Shown here one piece after another: positions 36,929-38,104 of a stretch of DNA of 38,104 bases. Both the position numbers and the translations under genes were made by a program. Below the pieces are notes generated by a model. It searched no databases and had not been told where the DNA came from. It was given only the letters and a program-made list of their open reading frames with translations. Every line of letters begins with the position of its first letter. The stretch's first letter is position 1. The stretch lies in contig NMRA01000173.1 of NCBI GenBank assembly GCA_002633005.1, positions 455,561 to 493,664 on the forward strand, given 5' to 3'. Origin of the DNA: Phoronis australis. Lineage: Eukaryota > Animalia > Phoronida.

Positions 36929-37946
36929 ATGAATCAAACCCAAAACTCTTGCATCCTTGCCAAATGTTCTATCTAAGCTAAATCGCACTCAGTGCATGGC
37001 AGAGAATTTTAAGCGAATTTAACTGGAAAAGTGGCCAGCCTTGAGATCAACCAATGTCTGGCAAACAATGTCGAGAATTGGTGATTTGTAATAAGGTCAC
37101 TTTATTGTTTTGAAGCTGTAGTCCAAGCTAATAACTTCAAAATGTCCCATTCATAGATAACCCCAAAATGCATTTTTCTGTTGTAAAATGATTGTGTCCC
37201 TTTTAAATCTCCATGGCAACACAAATACACTGGCTTCACTTAAGCTCAAGACGTGCAGGTCTCGGCATGTTTATTTCCTCATGGTTTATGTTAATGAACT
37301 CACACACACTACCATTAGTAATAATGAGGTGGTCTGGTCAGTTTGTTTGAAAGAGTTACAGCACATAGCATGCGTAACTTCAACACTACCAGACCTTCTT
37401 GACCCCAAGTAATAGAGGTAAAAGCACTAGAACTCCTCTTGTACAAGACACAAATAATCAGACAAAACACTGTCCCCTACCAGGATGGCTAATGCCGCTA
37501 ACTGCAAAAAAATACTGGAAAGGATAACTGGAGTGTCAAACTTCTAATTGGAGAATGGCTTTGCCACCTCACAAACTTTCATAATTTCCTTTATTCTGTC
37601 ATGAGAGAAGACTACTGCTATGATGAACTGGTCTTCTGCCCAACTGTCATGAAAGGGAATTATGGAACATTTTGTTTGAATACTTTTGGCTTGTACTGTG
37701 TAATGTTTTATTGTAAATTAAGCATGAAGGTATATATGTAGCAGTGAAAGAGTTTAATGAATGATTGTAGATAGTTGACTGTAGTCGCGCCTTCACTGTC
37801 TATTGTAACATGCTACATTAATAATCTTTTTACAAAAATACTGTACAAATATTATGCTATGAAATACAATCATGGTTATGAAGCAATGTGTGTGGTTCAT
37901 AGTCTACAGTGTTTCTCCATATAGACACCTAGTGCATCACATTAGC

Positions 37947-38104
37947 ACCTTGACACAGTGAATACACCTTGACATAGTGAATACACCTTGAAACAGTGAA
38001 TACACCTTGAAACAGTGAATACATCTTGAAACAGTGAATACACCATGAAACAGTGAATACACCTTGAAACAGTGAATACACCTTGTAACAGTGAATACAC
38101 CTTG
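37947..38104. repeat. 19-bp minisatellite, 8 or more copies, runs off the window end
   Basis: ACAGTGAATACACCTTGAA repeated in tandem. Confidence 0.93.

Overview
Eukaryotic, AT-rich, intron-rich animal genomic DNA. The repeat style suggests an invertebrate, possibly a mollusc or other lophotrochozoan, but the species cannot be determined. The window is dominated by one + strand gene, a septin-7 (SEPT7/peanut) orthologue. Eleven shared coding exons (16251-35440) splice in frame with GT-AG boundaries and encode the polybasic region, G1/G3/G4 GTPase motifs, septin unique element, coiled coil and a KKKGIF C-terminus. Two long, low-complexity upstream ATG exons (3911-4258 and 11576-11983) each end in a phase-0 donor matching the first shared exon. 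This suggests alternative first exons giving proteins of about 583 aa and 603 aa. The introns hold many minisatellites and several non-autonomous DNA-transposon-like elements, including a 221-bp CAC...GTG element with a 5-bp target-site duplication. Two near-identical tandem duplications are each joined by a single N and are most likely uncollapsed haplotypes. I found no prokaryote-type systems, RNA genes or convincing new protein-coding system; most short ORFs in the track come from repeats or are antisense shadows.
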